Shown piece by piece: positions 31,386-46,362 of a DNA stretch of 64,000 nucleotides. Positions within the stretch are counted from its first letter, which is position 1. Each line of letters opens with the position of its first letter. Both the position numbers and the translations under genes were made by a program. Source of the stretch: Eledone cirrhosa (lineage: Eukaryota). Below the pieces are notes generated by a model. That model ran no database searches, was not told the origin of the DNA, and saw only the letters and a program-made list of their open reading frames with translations. Location: positions 17,112,001 through 17,176,000 of the forward strand of contig OZ024747.1 of NCBI GenBank assembly GCA_964016885.1. The letters are read 5' to 3'.

Positions 31386-33329
31386 TTTATGCATATATAT
31401 ATATATATTTATGTAGGTTTATGCATATATACATATATATATATATATATCACATATCACACACATACATACATTTACACACGCACATAGACGTGTTTTG
31501 GATACAGAATCGTTAACATCGCATCTACCGTCTAGCTGAGAGCTGTTGTTTATTGTGTAATATAAAAGCTACTTGGAATTCTTTCTCTGTTCTTTTTTTC
31601 TTCTTCTCTTCTTAATTTATTATCAATTTTCGTTTTATATTTCCATTTCGTTTGGATAGTGTTAGTATCTAGCGTCATAGATCAATGACCCTGCTCTCTG
31701 CGTGTCCAGATCACCAGATTGTTTTCATTCGAAGATTATTCAAGTACACTTAGGTTAAAGTATCTAATAGTATAGATGACAATCATTCCCTTAAGTTCGA
31801 CCATATATAGTTTTAGTTCAAATGTCGTAATGTTAGCTCTTTTCTCCCCATTGAAACACACGCCAACGAGTAATATTTCTTCGCAACCATTTTTTGTTTA
31901 ATATTTGATGATGGAGGAAACGGTATCACCATTCATTACCCTTTCCAGGGCTTCAGAGACTGGTTTAACATAGAGGGAAGGAGGAACGTAATCACAAACA
32001 GGATACTTGATTTGAGATTTTTCTATAGTGGACTCTGCTTAAGGCAAACAATGTCCACTTGGTGTCGTGAAACCGGGCAACATATTTGAGATACCATTCA
32101 AGAGACTGTACACATGGCAGCTAGATGTCTTTCAAAGCATATCCTACGATCATAACAAACACCGTCTTGGGCATAATTATATAAACATACAGCATCGTCA
32201 GGGCTGAAACGCCTTTCTAAATATGTCTATTTAAAGAGAGCAGATTTAGATATGAAAATAATAGAAACTACTTAAATAATATTCAGTATTTAATAATATA
32301 TTCAGGTCGTAGGTAAAAAGATGAAATAATGAGTGTTGGGACCGGTATTAAACGTCAAAAAATACAAATGTTTGTCCCATTTATTTCATTGTTGCCTGAG
32401 TCCATCTATTTTATCTTTCAGCTTTCTGGGATCAAACGTTCAATAAACAGTTAATTAAATACGCTCTGTGGCCGAGCTAATGATGCTTCAACGATGGTCC
32501 AGATCACTCAACAGAAGAACATGAATATCGATACCAATTTGTGATAACCCTACGACCGACTGGCATCTTATCCATAAGCAGTTTTCGATTGCCAGTCGCC
32601 TAACTCCAATGAAACCGGGATAAGCTCCGGCTTGATATATTTATGGACTTGAGAGAGAATTTGCTATTGGTAAATTAAATATTCCTTAAGATGTAAATTT
32701 CATCTCTATTCATTTTAACGTTAAGAAAATAGATTTATATATATGACATAAAAACCTCTCAAAGATTAGGATATCTATATATATGTGTGTGTGGGTGTAT
32801 GTGTGTGTGTGAGTGTGTGTGAAGGGGAAAAGACTCTCGTTGGTCACAAATGACATTGGGTTTTGCAACAAGAAATTTCCTAATCAAGATACAAGCCAGG
32901 GTAAATTATTTTGTGGAAAACTAGCATTTCCCTATGCATATCTCTCTCCCTTCTCCACACCAGCAAAGATGGCTTCCAAGGGAAAAGTAAAGACAAATTC
33001 ATCTTGCCAGAAACTGTGATCTAGCTTGAATGTTGGAAACATTTGCCATTAAATAAACTCAAGGTGCAAGGGGTTGTTTAAAGCCGACGGTGGACTAAGT
33101 CTAAGAAAATTATGAGTTTATTATGGTTCAAATGTCTTGATTATTGGTCTGATATATCATAACAGAGTTGTAGCTATAGAACAATACATACACACCGTGG
33201 TTATAAGTATTTTTGAAATAAACTTGTTTACTGCAAAGCAGAAGTTAAATGACCAACACGTTAAGGTTAAAACTATATGTCTAGTGTTTGTTTCGCCACT
33301 CCTAGTCAAATAATGGTTTCTTATATAGG

Positions 33330-33410
33330 CACAAGGCCAGTAATTTGGGGGGAGGGGAAAGTCGATTAAATCGAATTTCCCCTCCCCCCAAATTACTGGC
33401 CTTGTGCGTG
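33330..33410. repeat. Fold-back of a SINE 3' segment
   Basis: GCACAAGGCCAGTAATTTGGGGGGAGGGGAAA..TTTCCCCTCCCCCCAAATTACTGGCCTTGTGC. Confidence 0.7.
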
Positions 33411-34290
33411 ACTTGTATTTTATTTTATCCTAGTCAAATAATGTCTTCTTGTTCAGTATGTTAATTTCCACGTTCGTCAGACGTGCCAAAATGAGACAAG
33501 CGTTATAATGTTTTCCTTTCTTCCTTAGTCTCAATAAAATAAATACCAGTCATACTGAATATTTAACCTTTATCTTACTATCTATTTAATGAAAGACACT
33601 TTGAATTTCAAACTGATTTGAAAGCACTCAAGAATTTAGGAGGATTTAGTAATATATCTAAATTTCTTATTGTTAATCTAGTGACTGGAAGATAACTTAA
33701 TGATTGTAGCGTAAAGTTATAATGAAAGAGCTTTAGATACATATAAACAATCTAAGAGAAACGGCCTAGTATGATAGAAACATTGGTGGTTTTAGGCGGT
33801 TTAGTATTAAAAAGGTTAACAAAAGAGTCATTTGACTGAAAAATAATCCTCTTAAAGCTGACCAATGTGTGCAGACTGAAGAAATAATAGTTTATATTTT
33901 ATTACTTTCGAAATTTTATTTTCCGATAGATGTTTTAAGATCTTTGTCATTCTAATTATTACGTTTTCTATCAAAAGTTGACATGTTAATATTTATCTAT
34001 GCTTGTATTGATCTGTCTCCTCCCGTCTCTCTCATTATATATGTATATAAACATACTTACATACATACATAAATATGTACATACATACTTACATACTTAC
34101 ATACATACATACTTACATACATACTTACATACATACTGACCAGTTTTATATCACATTCCATCGATATATTACCTAATTATCTACCTTTCTATCGATTGTA
34201 CAATCTCTTTATCACCCCACCCATTTTCTCTCTCTTTCTATTTCCTAAATATATCTGTATATATACTTGTGTGTATATTTATATGTATAC

Positions 34291-34511
<221 letters not shown>

Positions 34512-34671
34512 TATATACATATATATATACATATATACATATATATATATACATATATATATTTATATATATATATACACACACGCGCATATATATACAA
34601 ATATGCATATGTGTGTGTGTGTGCGTGTGCGTGTGTATCTATATATATATGTGTCTGTGTGTGTGTGTTTA

Positions 34672-34720
<49 letters not shown>

Positions 34721-34721
34721 G

Positions 34722-34771
<50 letters not shown>

Positions 34772-34930
34772 ATATGTATATACATATAAATACATCCGCA
34801 CGCAAATACGTTATTTCTTTCTCTCTCTCTCTATCTCTCTCTCACTCTCTCTCTCTATTATCACCTCCTCCTCCTCCTCCTCCTCATCCTCCTCCTCCTC
34901 CTCCTCCTCCTCTATATCTATCTCTCGCTG

Positions 34931-34963
<33 letters not shown>

Positions 34964-35317
34964 CTATCTATGAATTCGGCTATCTTTCATCTATCAGTTT
35001 CATCGATTGCGATAGTTTAAACAAAAAGAGCTGCAAGTCAGAATCTCAATATTCAGTGTAGTGTACGCCAGTCATCCGTTCCTCATTAACTACTTCACTC
35101 TTCCATTCCTTCTAGATACAGCGATACGTTCACTGCCACCACTGCTACAGCATCTGCAAATACATCGACCTTGCATCCGTTACTTCCTATCTTTAATGCG
35201 TACAAACACAAACACCGACACCCCGACACGCATACATATATATGTATAATATATATATATATACACACATATATATATATACATATATATATATATAATA
35301 TATATATATATATACAC

Positions 35318-35365
<48 letters not shown>

Positions 35366-35379
35366 TGTTATGCTTTAGG

Positions 35380-36810
35380 AGAGTCATGTTGCCAATAAGA
35401 AACACACGCACCAGTTGCTTTCACTCCAATTTATTATAAATTAAATTTATAAATTTAAGAATTTATAACTTTCCGGTTGGTTGGGTGGTTGGTTCGTTCC
35501 ACAACCGGACGGTTGTTCATATATTGTCAAAGTTATTTCGTCACACATTCTGTTACCTCTTCAGTGACTGTGGATTCTTTTCTTCGTATTTATGCCTCTC
35601 CTTTGTTCTGTCCTACGCCATCTTGTTTTTGTGTGCTTAGTTTGCGCATGTGTTACATCCGGGTGTCTGTGTGTGTTTATATTTGTTTATTTAATTGTTT
35701 ATTTACATGTTACTGGTTAGTTGTTAGTTCTATGTGTGTGTGTGTTTTCATTTTGTCCTTAATTGTAAGTTGTGATGTTGCTATTCCATTCATGTTTTCT
35801 ATTTAATTTTCGTTGGAGTTCATTTATGTTTATTGCCTCTGTGATTTGTCTAAACATTGCGTCTTTTCTGTGTGTAGATTCTAATTTTATTTCTATGTTC
35901 TCTAATTTACCCTTATGTTCTATTTTAGCATGTTGGTGGAGTACAGATGATTCTTTTCTATCTTGAAGCTCTCGCCAGTGTTCATTTCCCCGTCTCCTGT
36001 ACTACGAGTAGTCTCACCTATGTACACTGTATTCTTATCTCTACATTGTCCTTTAGTACATCTTATGTTATATACTACATTTCTAGTTTTACAGTTAATA
36101 TGGGGGCTTATTTTACAGATTATACATTTCTTATCTATACAGGCAGGTCTTTGAAAATGGTATGTATTGTTAATAAGTGTTTTTATGGAGGTACCTGGTC
36201 TTTCTACTACCTTAATATTGAGTTTATGTTTATCTAGGGCCCTTCTAAATGTGTAAGCTAATTCACCTCTAGGGGTTGTATTGATGAACATTACACTGGT
36301 ATTTATTGCTATCATACCATGAGTTTATTCTATTAACCTTATTCCTAGTTCTTTCTATTCTATTCCAAAATTTGCTCCTATACAAGGGGCAGGTCCCATT
36401 TGTATCATTATTTACCATTTTTCTCATTTGGTTCTGGCTCCTCTATATACTCTGATTTTATCTATCTGATTGTAACCAGAGAACTGCATACGGTGGATGA
36501 AGTGTTGTATGTGTCACTCTAGTTCTTTGGGGTTGCACATGCGGGACACGTTTCTCATTACCCGTACCAAATCCGCAATCAGTATGTTGATTTTAGTGTA
36601 GTCCGAAACAGCTGAGTTTCGGTGGATCAGATATTTGGAAGTCATGAGTTTGGCACAATGGGAATGGAGGATTTGTTTTTTGTTATTAATAGTTTCTAAC
36701 CAGAGCTCTGTGTCTAGTACAAGTAATCGATGGTTGGGGTGTTTGCAAACACCACAACTATCGCTTACCTGTACTAGACACAGCGTGTCTAGTACAGGTA
36801 ATCGATGGAC
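35380..36810 (-). mobile_element. 5'-truncated Penelope-like element (Neptune-like): RT thumb, Cys-rich linker, GIY-YIG endonuclease, 3' UTR
   Basis: 36730-36420 reads VLDTELWLETINNKKQILHSH.AK..SKYLIHRNSA..TKINILIADLVRVMRNVS..RMQFSGY. ORF 36315-35920 reads TPRGELA..IKVVERPG..CIDKKCIIC..CKTRNVVYNIRC..C..YIGETTRS. Stops and frameshifts are present. Confidence 0.88.
35526..35568 (-). ncRNA. Minimal, partly decayed hammerhead motif in the PLE 3' region
   Basis: GTCA-CTGAAGA-gGTaAC-AGAATGT-GTGAC-GAAA-TAAC-TT-TGAC. Helix I is GTCA/TGAC; helix III is minimal. Confidence 0.55.
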
Positions 36811-37092
36811 ATATAGTGTGTGTGTGTGCTAGTTGTGTATCAACAGCTAAATGTGGTGCACAGTTCGAAGCACTCAATACTGTTATGAGGTCCGTTTCGT
36901 TTTGATTGCCTTCCAGAGTTAAGGTGGCTGTATTGCGTAGAGTTTAGATGTTACTTTGCTCATATAACCTCGCATATCTTAGGAGATGTCGAAAACGAGT
37001 CGGGCCTCCTCATATTGATTTTACGCTGAACTGATCGACATTGAAACAATTGTAATGTGCAAATAAACTTTGTCCCTATGCTACAACACTAA

Positions 37093-37151
<59 letters not shown>

Positions 37152-37829
37152 TTTTTATATGTGTGCGTTTGTGCATAGAACAATAAAAAAAAGTCAGAGG
37201 TATGTAGTTAAATAGTTCATTGTATTACGGTTGTTTCAGGGGGTCGGTTGATCGTGAAAGACCGATGTATCGACTAGCATGATAGTGGTTTACTACCTCT
37301 TTCTAGTCTCGAAACTTCTGTTCGATCGACCGTCTTCTTCAGAAACACTGTATGTATATATATAGAGAGAGAAGGGTGATGCAGAAGTGGGCGTAGAATG
37401 TTAGGAGTAGGGGGTGATAGATAGGAATAAGAGATAAGAATGAATGAAATGCAAGAAAAAGGGAAAAGGGTAAAGAAGAAGACACTCTCCCATACTCTCA
37501 GAAACCCAAATGTAAGACAATCTAATGCGATACGTTTCGGACTAGATTACCTCCCGATTTCCATAGCGATATTTGGCTAAACGCTATTAACGGGTACACA
37601 GCTAGGCGATAATCAGTGCAACCATATTTTCCTGCGGCTTGGCCTTAGGATCAGCGTATAACACAATGGTACTGTTGATTCACGGTGGAGCATTTAAGCA
37701 ACTGTTATACTGTAAAATTACCTGTCACCTCCTACGCAGATTGGGTTGAACGGAAGGAACTGCAGAAGGCTAGATAGAATTGCGAACTTCTTGTTCCACT
37801 GAGATATAACAAGAAACGAAACATCCTCT

Positions 37830-38150
37830 ATTGATAACACGATGCATTCGACGTCATTCTTGCCTGCAAATTATTGAAATATCTGTCGCTTTCCGACGGT
37901 TTGTCATTGAGCTTATGGAGGTAGAGACTTCTGGTATTCTTGGGCTCAGTATCATTATTTGCCTTTTCACTAGCACTGGGGTGGAGTTTTTCACCCGCTG
38001 GAGTGAGTTTGTCGAGTTGGAGTAGCTATCTCAACGCATCTCCCACGCTATCCTCCGGGTTAACACTCTCTCAATTCTGCCCTCTGGTCGACTTACGCCT
38101 AACGTTAAGCGTTCCTTCACACTGCCTGGGCTCGATCATAGGCAACTGAT
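37830..38150 (-). pseudogene. Possible decayed Ty3/Gypsy gag fragment
   Basis: GC-richer island. Broken frames give YDR.., EGRIERVLT..SVGDAL..LLQL, RSLYLHKL, loosely like gag RIxxLL..LGD..LFLxxL. Weak. Confidence 0.25.
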
Positions 38151-38326
38151 TGCTCTTAGTTCTTGTGAATAACATAAAATAAACAAGCAGTATCTATATA
38201 ATATACACATAAAGGGAATTAATGTATAGAAAACATGCTTAAAATTCTATCAGTTCAAACATTCGTGTGGCACATATCGTTATCCACATATATAGTCTGA
38301 CATACGGATACAGATATATAGACATA

Positions 38327-38516
38327 TAATTGTTTCTACTTTAGGAACAAGGCCAGCAATACACCTGTACATTACTGGTACTTTATTTTATCGACCCCGT
38401 AAGGATGAAAGGCAAAATTAACCTCGGCGGGATTTGAACTCAGACTGTAAAGGGACGTAACTATGCTAGAAAGCATGGCGTCCAACCCTCTACCGATACT
38501 GCCAATAACCGACCTT
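38327..38516 (-). mobile_element. tRNA-derived SINE, near full length
   Basis: Same family as 10188-10380. Confidence 0.85.
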
Positions 38517-40617
38517 ATATAGACACATATATATAGACATATAATATTGCATACATTTACTTACACATACATATATCATTCATTCATACATATTTCTAGC
38601 AGTGTTTGTATACATGAATACATACATGTGAAATGTTGATTATTCGCACATATATTTCTGGTAACATATAATAGATGTTCCCGCCTACACACACGTGAAA
38701 TTCCCTTCAGAAAACATTAACTAACAAACCATAAGCGAATAGTCCACTTGCTTAACTACTCGAGCATTTTGCTTCTACATATGTGGAACACTCAGATGCA
38801 TGTATATATGTAAATGAAATTTCTATGCGACTTGCTCGCTTTTCATACTAATGACGCAAATAAATTTTGACGTCATCAAACTTGTATGGAAGCTACATCA
38901 CGAGTCTCTGTCTAAGAAGCTGTCGTCTGTAACTCGAAATCTCTCGTCTGAGAATTAGTAGTTATCGGATGTTATTCAAGATCACTCTCCAATTATATTT
39001 TGCATTTGAGAAGGTAAACAGAAACGCAGTGAATATTTCGCACTTAACTCCATTAACGCATGATATTGTTTCTATAAACAATATAAGTGTCTAGATATAT
39101 GAATGACTGAGGGGCTGAAAGGTTCGCTTCTTAATCATGACCTCGTATGTTGGAACCCACTCTGAGGCATCTTGAACAAGTGTCTTTACAATAGTCACAG
39201 GTTAATCCAACCATTGTGGGTGAAATTGGGTAGACGGAATATGTGTACACACTATTCAAAAGTACAGGCTCGACGATAAGATTGCTGATCATCGAAATTA
39301 ACGGAGCATTTATTGTCATCATCATACGTACTATCAACGTTATCTGTGCTGCTGTATTAACGGAGAAATCACACATTCAAGTATTAACAATCCACATAAT
39401 AATAAGTTATATGAAAATGCTATAAAGAGAGAAACATATTAGAAAGTGACAATATGTACTAGTATATTAATATTAGGTCAGTAGGACATTTGAAAATTAA
39501 TAACAACCATCCTTAAACGAATATATGATGAAACATCTAATATGCTCTGGAATGCCTGTAAACTATTTTGCTCTTGCGGTGGGCTGTTTATTGTGAAGTT
39601 TTGTATTCAGTGCTCTCTCTACGTCGATGTGAGTCACTGTCTCTAGCTGTCTCACGTCTGGTCTGTACCCAAAATATTTTGAAAAGAAATGAGATCACTA
39701 GCTTCGCTCTCTAGACGATTATCTGACGCGGGGATTAAATGAGGTCTATGGGGAATCATACAATTTGAGAACCACTGAAATAAGTGGTTTGTATCAATTA
39801 ACTATTGATTGTTACAATGCATACACAGACCACATTATTATACTCCCATGGATATATCAATGTTATAATTACTCTATAATATACAAATACTCTAAAAGAG
39901 ATGTATATGTGTAAACTATACGGATAAAGAACATAAAAAAGGAAACAGTATAATGAGGCTATATATTAGTTTTGTAGGTAGGCCAGCACGTGGGACCCTA
40001 TTTGTTCACCAGACGGAAAGATGGGGATGGCGCGAGAGATGGAGGCGATGAGATTGGAGTTCGGCACCTCTACGTTTGGACCAAAAATATCGTTGTAGAT
40101 GTGTTCATCAAGCAGTTAATGAGTCTGTTTATGTATAGACTCAATAGTTTACATTGTGTTTATATCAAATTTTTCAGGTTTGATAAATATAGGAAAATAG
40201 ACTTAACCTTTGGGACGGTGGCCCTTCATATCAGGATAAGAAAAACCAGAAGAAATAGAAAGGTAGATGACTGTGGCAAGAGGACGAAAAGAAAAAACAG
40301 TTTTTGTCCACAAGAAAGAATATACATACATATACATTTATACATAAATGGATATACCTGCACCCCACTCACATGTACACACACATGTTTGTGTTTGTAT
40401 GTAGTCGTGCAGTATATTTTCGAATTAAGTGTGGGCGAGTGTGTATGCCTTTATGTATATATATACAAATACCACCACTGGATAGAACTGGTCATTCCAT
40501 ATAGTCAACCATAATGTAATTTTGAAAAGCACTCAACGTTATGCAACTCATCCATCTTTGATGTTGAATCTTGTTGGCGGTGCGAGAACGGAGTTAATAA
40601 GTATTATCATTTTACTC

Positions 40618-40710
<93 letters not shown>

Positions 40711-40737
40711 ATATTATATATATATATAATATATATG

Positions 40738-40932
<195 letters not shown>

Positions 40933-40994
40933 AATATATATATATATGTATTATATATATATGTATAATATATATATATATGTATAATATATAT

Positions 40995-41039
<45 letters not shown>

Positions 41040-41040
<1 letters not shown>

Positions 41041-41205
41041 TTATAAAGAACCAGGAATCACTAATGCCTCAAACCACAATTTATTAACATATTACATATG
41101 TTTCGCCGTCGATCAGCTCGAGGCAGGATCTGTTACAGATAGAAGCCGACTCTAAGTTCATAAATTGTGGTTTGATGCATTACTGATTCCTCGTTCTTTA
41201 TAATA
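41040..41205. repeat. Inverted repeat (~43-bp arms) enclosing a decayed HHR-like half
   Basis: TATAAAGAACCAGGAATCACTAATGCCTCAAACCACAATTTA / TAAATTGTGGTTTGATGCATTACTGATTCCTCGTTCTTTATA. The spacer on the minus strand has GCTG-ATCGA-CGGC-GAAAC-ATAT-GTA. Confidence 0.6.
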
Positions 41206-41278
41206 GTATATTCTCCTCCGCGCGAGCATCGGGTGCTCAACCGATATACCGCCTACGGACGCATTAACCTGCAACTCT

Positions 41279-41342
<64 letters not shown>

Positions 41343-41839
41343 GGTACCAATGTAGATGACCATAATAATAGTAGATCGATTTCAATAGTATTTGTGAAAA
41401 TCGGGTAATGTAACCCTAGAAACAGATAAAAGTAGACAGATGTGACTGTCAACTAATTATCCCAATCGTTATATATATAGTGCTCGACAACTATCATAAC
41501 TGTAGCAGTGGGACTACTCTGTTTCGAATTTCAAAGTTCCCCATCCCTTTTTAAGTCTATCTTGTTATCTCACTGTATGCAAGTAGCATTCTAGGTAGTT
41601 TATCAATGAGATTATACTTAAATTACTTCTGAGTATGACAAATGTCAATGAGATTAATTTTCAATTAACAACAGCTAATATCTACTCTCTAACATAATAC
41701 TAACTTACTACTAAACACACACGCACATTCTCATAAAATATACTAATTTGCATATATTCATTTGCATATATTCATATTAGAAAATATATTATGCTAAACA
41801 CAGATATATGCATTCATATATCCTTAATACATACATACG

Positions 41840-42150
41840 TGATGATGATAGCTGCAACTCAATTTCGAGTAATGCCATCGCTTGATACTTGGCTTTTTAG
41901 TCCTGTAGGGACCCACCTATGGGCAGTAATACTATCCATCGCAAAATATGTCATATATCAAGCGATGCCTTTGCTAGAAGCTCTTTTACGTGAGGAAAGG
42001 CTTTGCGCGAGGCGAGTCCCACTCTCTGAACATTGAATACATTTACCCAAAAAGAAGAACTGGTTTACATCACTGGATGCAAAATAAGTCGCAGGTTTTA
42101 TATCAGAATTACTTTCTCCTAGAACGATGTCTTAATGAAGACTAGAAGTC
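41840..42150 (-). mobile_element. Diverged copy of the 17929-18536 element
   Basis: GCGATGCCT.TGC..GAAGC..GTGAG.AAAGGC.TTGC..AGTCCCACTCTCT..CAAAAAGAAGAAC..ACATCACTGGAT..TTCTCCTAGAA. Confidence 0.6.
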
Positions 42151-43304
42151 TCTCGCTGTACAAAATTACATACATACATAGATACATACATACACACACT
42201 ATTTGCTAGTGGCCGATATGAATGAATTCCGCGAAGAATTTAATCATATCTCAAAGCAAAATGAACACTGATGCATATATATATCGTCATTACCTCAGAA
42301 TTGAATATTTATCCAACAGTTTTCTGTAATGTATACAATCACGCAAATTGTTCTCGTTTAGTAATCAGTAGAATATTCCATCGATTGAAATTCTTGTTTG
42401 TCAAATGTAGGGGTTAGTTGATGAGTAGATATTGAATAAGTAGAATTAAATGTTCACAAGAATTGAATGTGAAACTCAACGAGCTTAATGTTTGACCCAC
42501 CCCTCTCATATCCTACTTCAAAACGCCAACGAGTAGCGGCGCTGTATGTCTGAATAAGGGCCATGACGAAATGATTTAAAGGTCTGCCCGAATAGCAATG
42601 AACTCGAGTTAAAAATTGGCCATAACTATAATTTAAATTAAAGTTGAAGACTAATTCTGTGAACTGGATTCATTTTTACTATTTCCACGAAAGCTTTGCC
42701 TTTTTAACTGATATTTACTGGTATCATATAGCAATTAAATATCAAATTTCAGTTAACTTCATCTCACCGAGAGCTTAAACTTGATTGCATTGTGAGGAAA
42801 CGAGAGAGTGGAAGGTTTCTTGTAGCTATTTGTATTTTCTAGAGCCTTGTTCAAGACACAAACACAAACAGATAACTGAGACTAATCGGCTCCAATTCAG
42901 AAACGAAAATATGTCGTAGACGCTATTCCCTGAAATCTTACGTAATCCTGTTTAGAATCTGCGGTATATTTGGCAGTAGCAGACTTGCGCAAGAACGCAT
43001 ATAGTCGGAATCGATAGGCTAAAAGAAAATGATATGCAAAGTCGTTGTATGGTGTTCTGCAATCATCGGCTTAATATATTCATAAACAACATCGTTATGG
43101 AAATCACAGTGACCCACTTGACCTCTATCAGTTTACATGTCGGTACTGCTGGAAGGGTCGGCAGTTAAATATTGTCAAATGCTCCATGCGTTTGCGGTAA
43201 TGACTTTTGTTAATACGTAAGCTCGACTTCTTTTAAAACCAGGGGGAAGTTTGTAGAGCTAGCCGAAATATTTTACTCACTAGTAAGAGGGAAAGATTTG
43301 ACAG

Positions 43305-44890
43305 GGAATAATGGTTTCTAATTTAGGGGGAACAATTACTGTAATTTTAAATGAAATGAAGGTCAATTTTATAGACCTTTAAATTTGATTGGCACTTTAT
43401 TTTATCGACACCGGAATGCAGACAAGCAAAGTTGATCTCGCCAGATTCGAGACCAGCGTGTAGAGTGTTGTAATGCATCGTAGCAATACATTTTATTCGA
43501 CCCGTTACTGTAACATATCTGCTAAATCTACTCCCGCCCAAGCTGCGGGTAAATAATAATTATGATAAATTTTACTGTATACACAAGTCTTAAAATTTGG
43601 GCGGAAAGATGTTCATGTAACACACGCTATCGGAAGATAACAAATATGGGGTGGGTCTATTCTCAATTATTCAAAATAAATATTTCAGCACTGCTTATTT
43701 CATTAACTCCAAAAGAGTGTAAGTCAATGTCGATGTTGGGAAGATATTAAACTCATAAATCTCAACAGCCCAATAAAATTATCTAGTACAGGCAAACTAA
43801 TAACAACTAGTTCACAATAGGTGACTGCTAATTTATTTTATCTTTCTCTGAAAAAAAAAAACGAAAAGTAAAGTTGACCTCAGGGAGGATTTAAACTCAG
43901 AAATTAAAGACAAGTTATAAGTATTTCTAAGTATATGTCGGACGCTCAAATAACTCTGCTAATCTATCAGAAAGGAATGAGAAAGGAAAAGCAAAGTCAT
44001 CACCAGCAGAATATCGAGTGAAAACAGAATATCGAGTTGTGTAACTAAATACAAGAACATTTGAAAAAGATTCCAGAGTTCCTGCCACTAAATCACATAG
44101 AAACGGGGTGATATTTTCCTTTGGGGAAAGCGATTGTGTTGGGACGGTTTAGACATTTTAATTGGTATACTACATTATGGTATTGACCTTGGAATGATGA
44201 AGAGACAAGACGACTTCAGTCGGATTTAACTGGGAACGTATACTGCCGACACTAACGATTCTTCTAATCCATCCCCCCATTTAAATAATGGTTTCTAACA
44301 TAGGCCTAATGTCAGAAATGTTTGTGGGGAGAGGTAAATCGATCGAAAGCAAAGTTGACTACGGAGAGATGTGAAACCTGAACCTAGATGTATGTAACGA
44401 AATATTGCAATGCATTTAATCCGGGTCTTCCAATTCACCACCCTTAATGTTTTCTAATTTAGGCACAATGCCAACAATTTCAGGGGAGGGGAGAGGTCGA
44501 TAATACGGACCTCAGTACGAGATTTCTAATTTATTTTATTGACACTGGAGGGGGAAATACAAAGTTGACCTCGGATCGATTTGAAATCGGAATGTAAAGA
44601 ACTGTAACTCAATACTGTAAGACGTTTTGCCCAACGCTCTAATGATTCTGCCTATCCAGCGCCCTTATATATTTCTCAAACCAATCTCTTACTTAGTAAC
44701 AAAGCGATAGTTTTGAGGAATAATTTAGATATTTTAATCGTCAAAGTCTTTTATTTTATCGAACTTGGAAAAATGAAGAGCTATGTTTAGCTGAGTGATA
44801 ATGTAACTAAGAACGTAACCAGCTAACACAAATATCACAAAGTATCTTCTCCAAGACTTTAACAATTCTGATAAACCAGCGTCCTATTTA
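43305..44890 (-). mobile_element. Cluster of ~6-8 old, decayed SINE copies in the same orientation
   Basis: Repeated remnants of TAATGGTTTCTAA.TTAGG, TTTATTTTATCGA, AAAGTTGACCTC and ATTT.AACTCAG at about 43310, 43570, 43830, 44170, 44290, 44450, 44750. Confidence 0.6.
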
Positions 44891-46330
44891 AATAATAATA
44901 AGGTTTTGGAACAGCAACTGGTACAAAGACAAGCACTGACTGGGACATACACACATGAATTACATTATATTAAGTGATGTATGTATTTCTTTGTTGTTTT
45001 TCTCTTTAGACAGGACATGAAGAACTTAGATAAAGGAAACCATACGTTTATCATTCCTATGTTTCCCAAGCGTATTACTCTTTTGACTTAGATAGGACAT
45101 CTGAAAAGAGAATAGCAATGTTATCACGTCGGAAGCTAATGTGTAGTAACTAGACATGATAAAAATAGCAGCCAAATATCTGTTAAAATCTTGCCGTCTT
45201 AAAAATCTTGAAGGCTACATTGGGTAATGTAGTTGGGATAGATTTCTGAAAATAAGACAGAATTACCATGATTGTAATACTTTATTAATAGATATGCTTG
45301 GTTGGTGCTATGCTGGGCTAGCTAATGGCAGCATTTACGTCATTCAGCCAGATATCTCAGTATTGATTTCTATATATAGGCATAAAGAATTCACACTTTT
45401 TGTTGGTGGAAAGATTGGGAAACTTCCTAAGCGTGTCTTCTTTTTTTGTTTATGTCTTTTTATTTCGTTTTTTTTGTTTTGTTTTGTTTTTTTCTTTTCC
45501 AGAAGTGATTTAGTATAATAAACATTAAAGTGAAATTAATGTCAGAAAAACTGGAATACTTCCCACCGGTTAAGGAACTCGCACACAGACACACATGTAC
45601 ACACATGTACACACATGTACACACATGTCCATACACACACTTACACATACAGTATAGACACACACATATATATATACATATGCAAATACATATATTTACA
45701 CACTCAAACACAGATACACAGACATACATATATATAATTATATATATTAGAACTACACTAATAATATTACTTTATTACAAATATCAAAAAGAAAGAAATA
45801 CATTGTTGACGATATAGTGCGTTGGGCAAACACTTCATGTTTCGATAGTTGGGATACCTCGAACTCGGACTGCGGACAGAAAAAAGCTCATTATGATGGA
45901 CGAGGAGAAAGTATAACAAGATGCGACCTTGTTTCAGATGTGATGCCATTCTACCGTTTTTTAGTAGGATAATGTGTATCCGTGAACTGAGAATACAGGA
46001 GCTCTCAATGTCGATGAACAGAAACTAAACATTGCTTGATTTACAAGTTATGCATATTAGATTCTATAAGTAGTATCCTATTTATATTGGAGCTGGGAGA
46101 AAGGAGTTTCTGCAACACTGCTGCCTTTTCATACATAAAGTGTTTGTAGCACAAGTGATGCAGTAAGTTGACATATAGCCAGAACAAAAATCGACTTCAA
46201 GATAATGTCCTGCCTTGCCTCTCACAATATTCAAAGAAGCATATAAATAATTTAAATACTATTCTAATAGGTCTCAATAGGCATAGACATAAATATAGAC
46301 ATACTTACGTACAAACACATATAGATACAG

Positions 46331-46362
<32 letters not shown>

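Noticed and set aside
33460-33490. Minus-strand CTGACGA-ACGTG-GAAA
   Set aside because: Too short for helix II; no helix I or III.
39130-39440. Possible minus-strand exon after a TTTCTCTCTTTATAG acceptor
   Set aside because: All frames hit stop codons quickly and no homology was recognised.
39990-40514. 174-aa ORF
   Set aside because: Non-ATG start, runs into low-complexity sequence, no recognisable domain.
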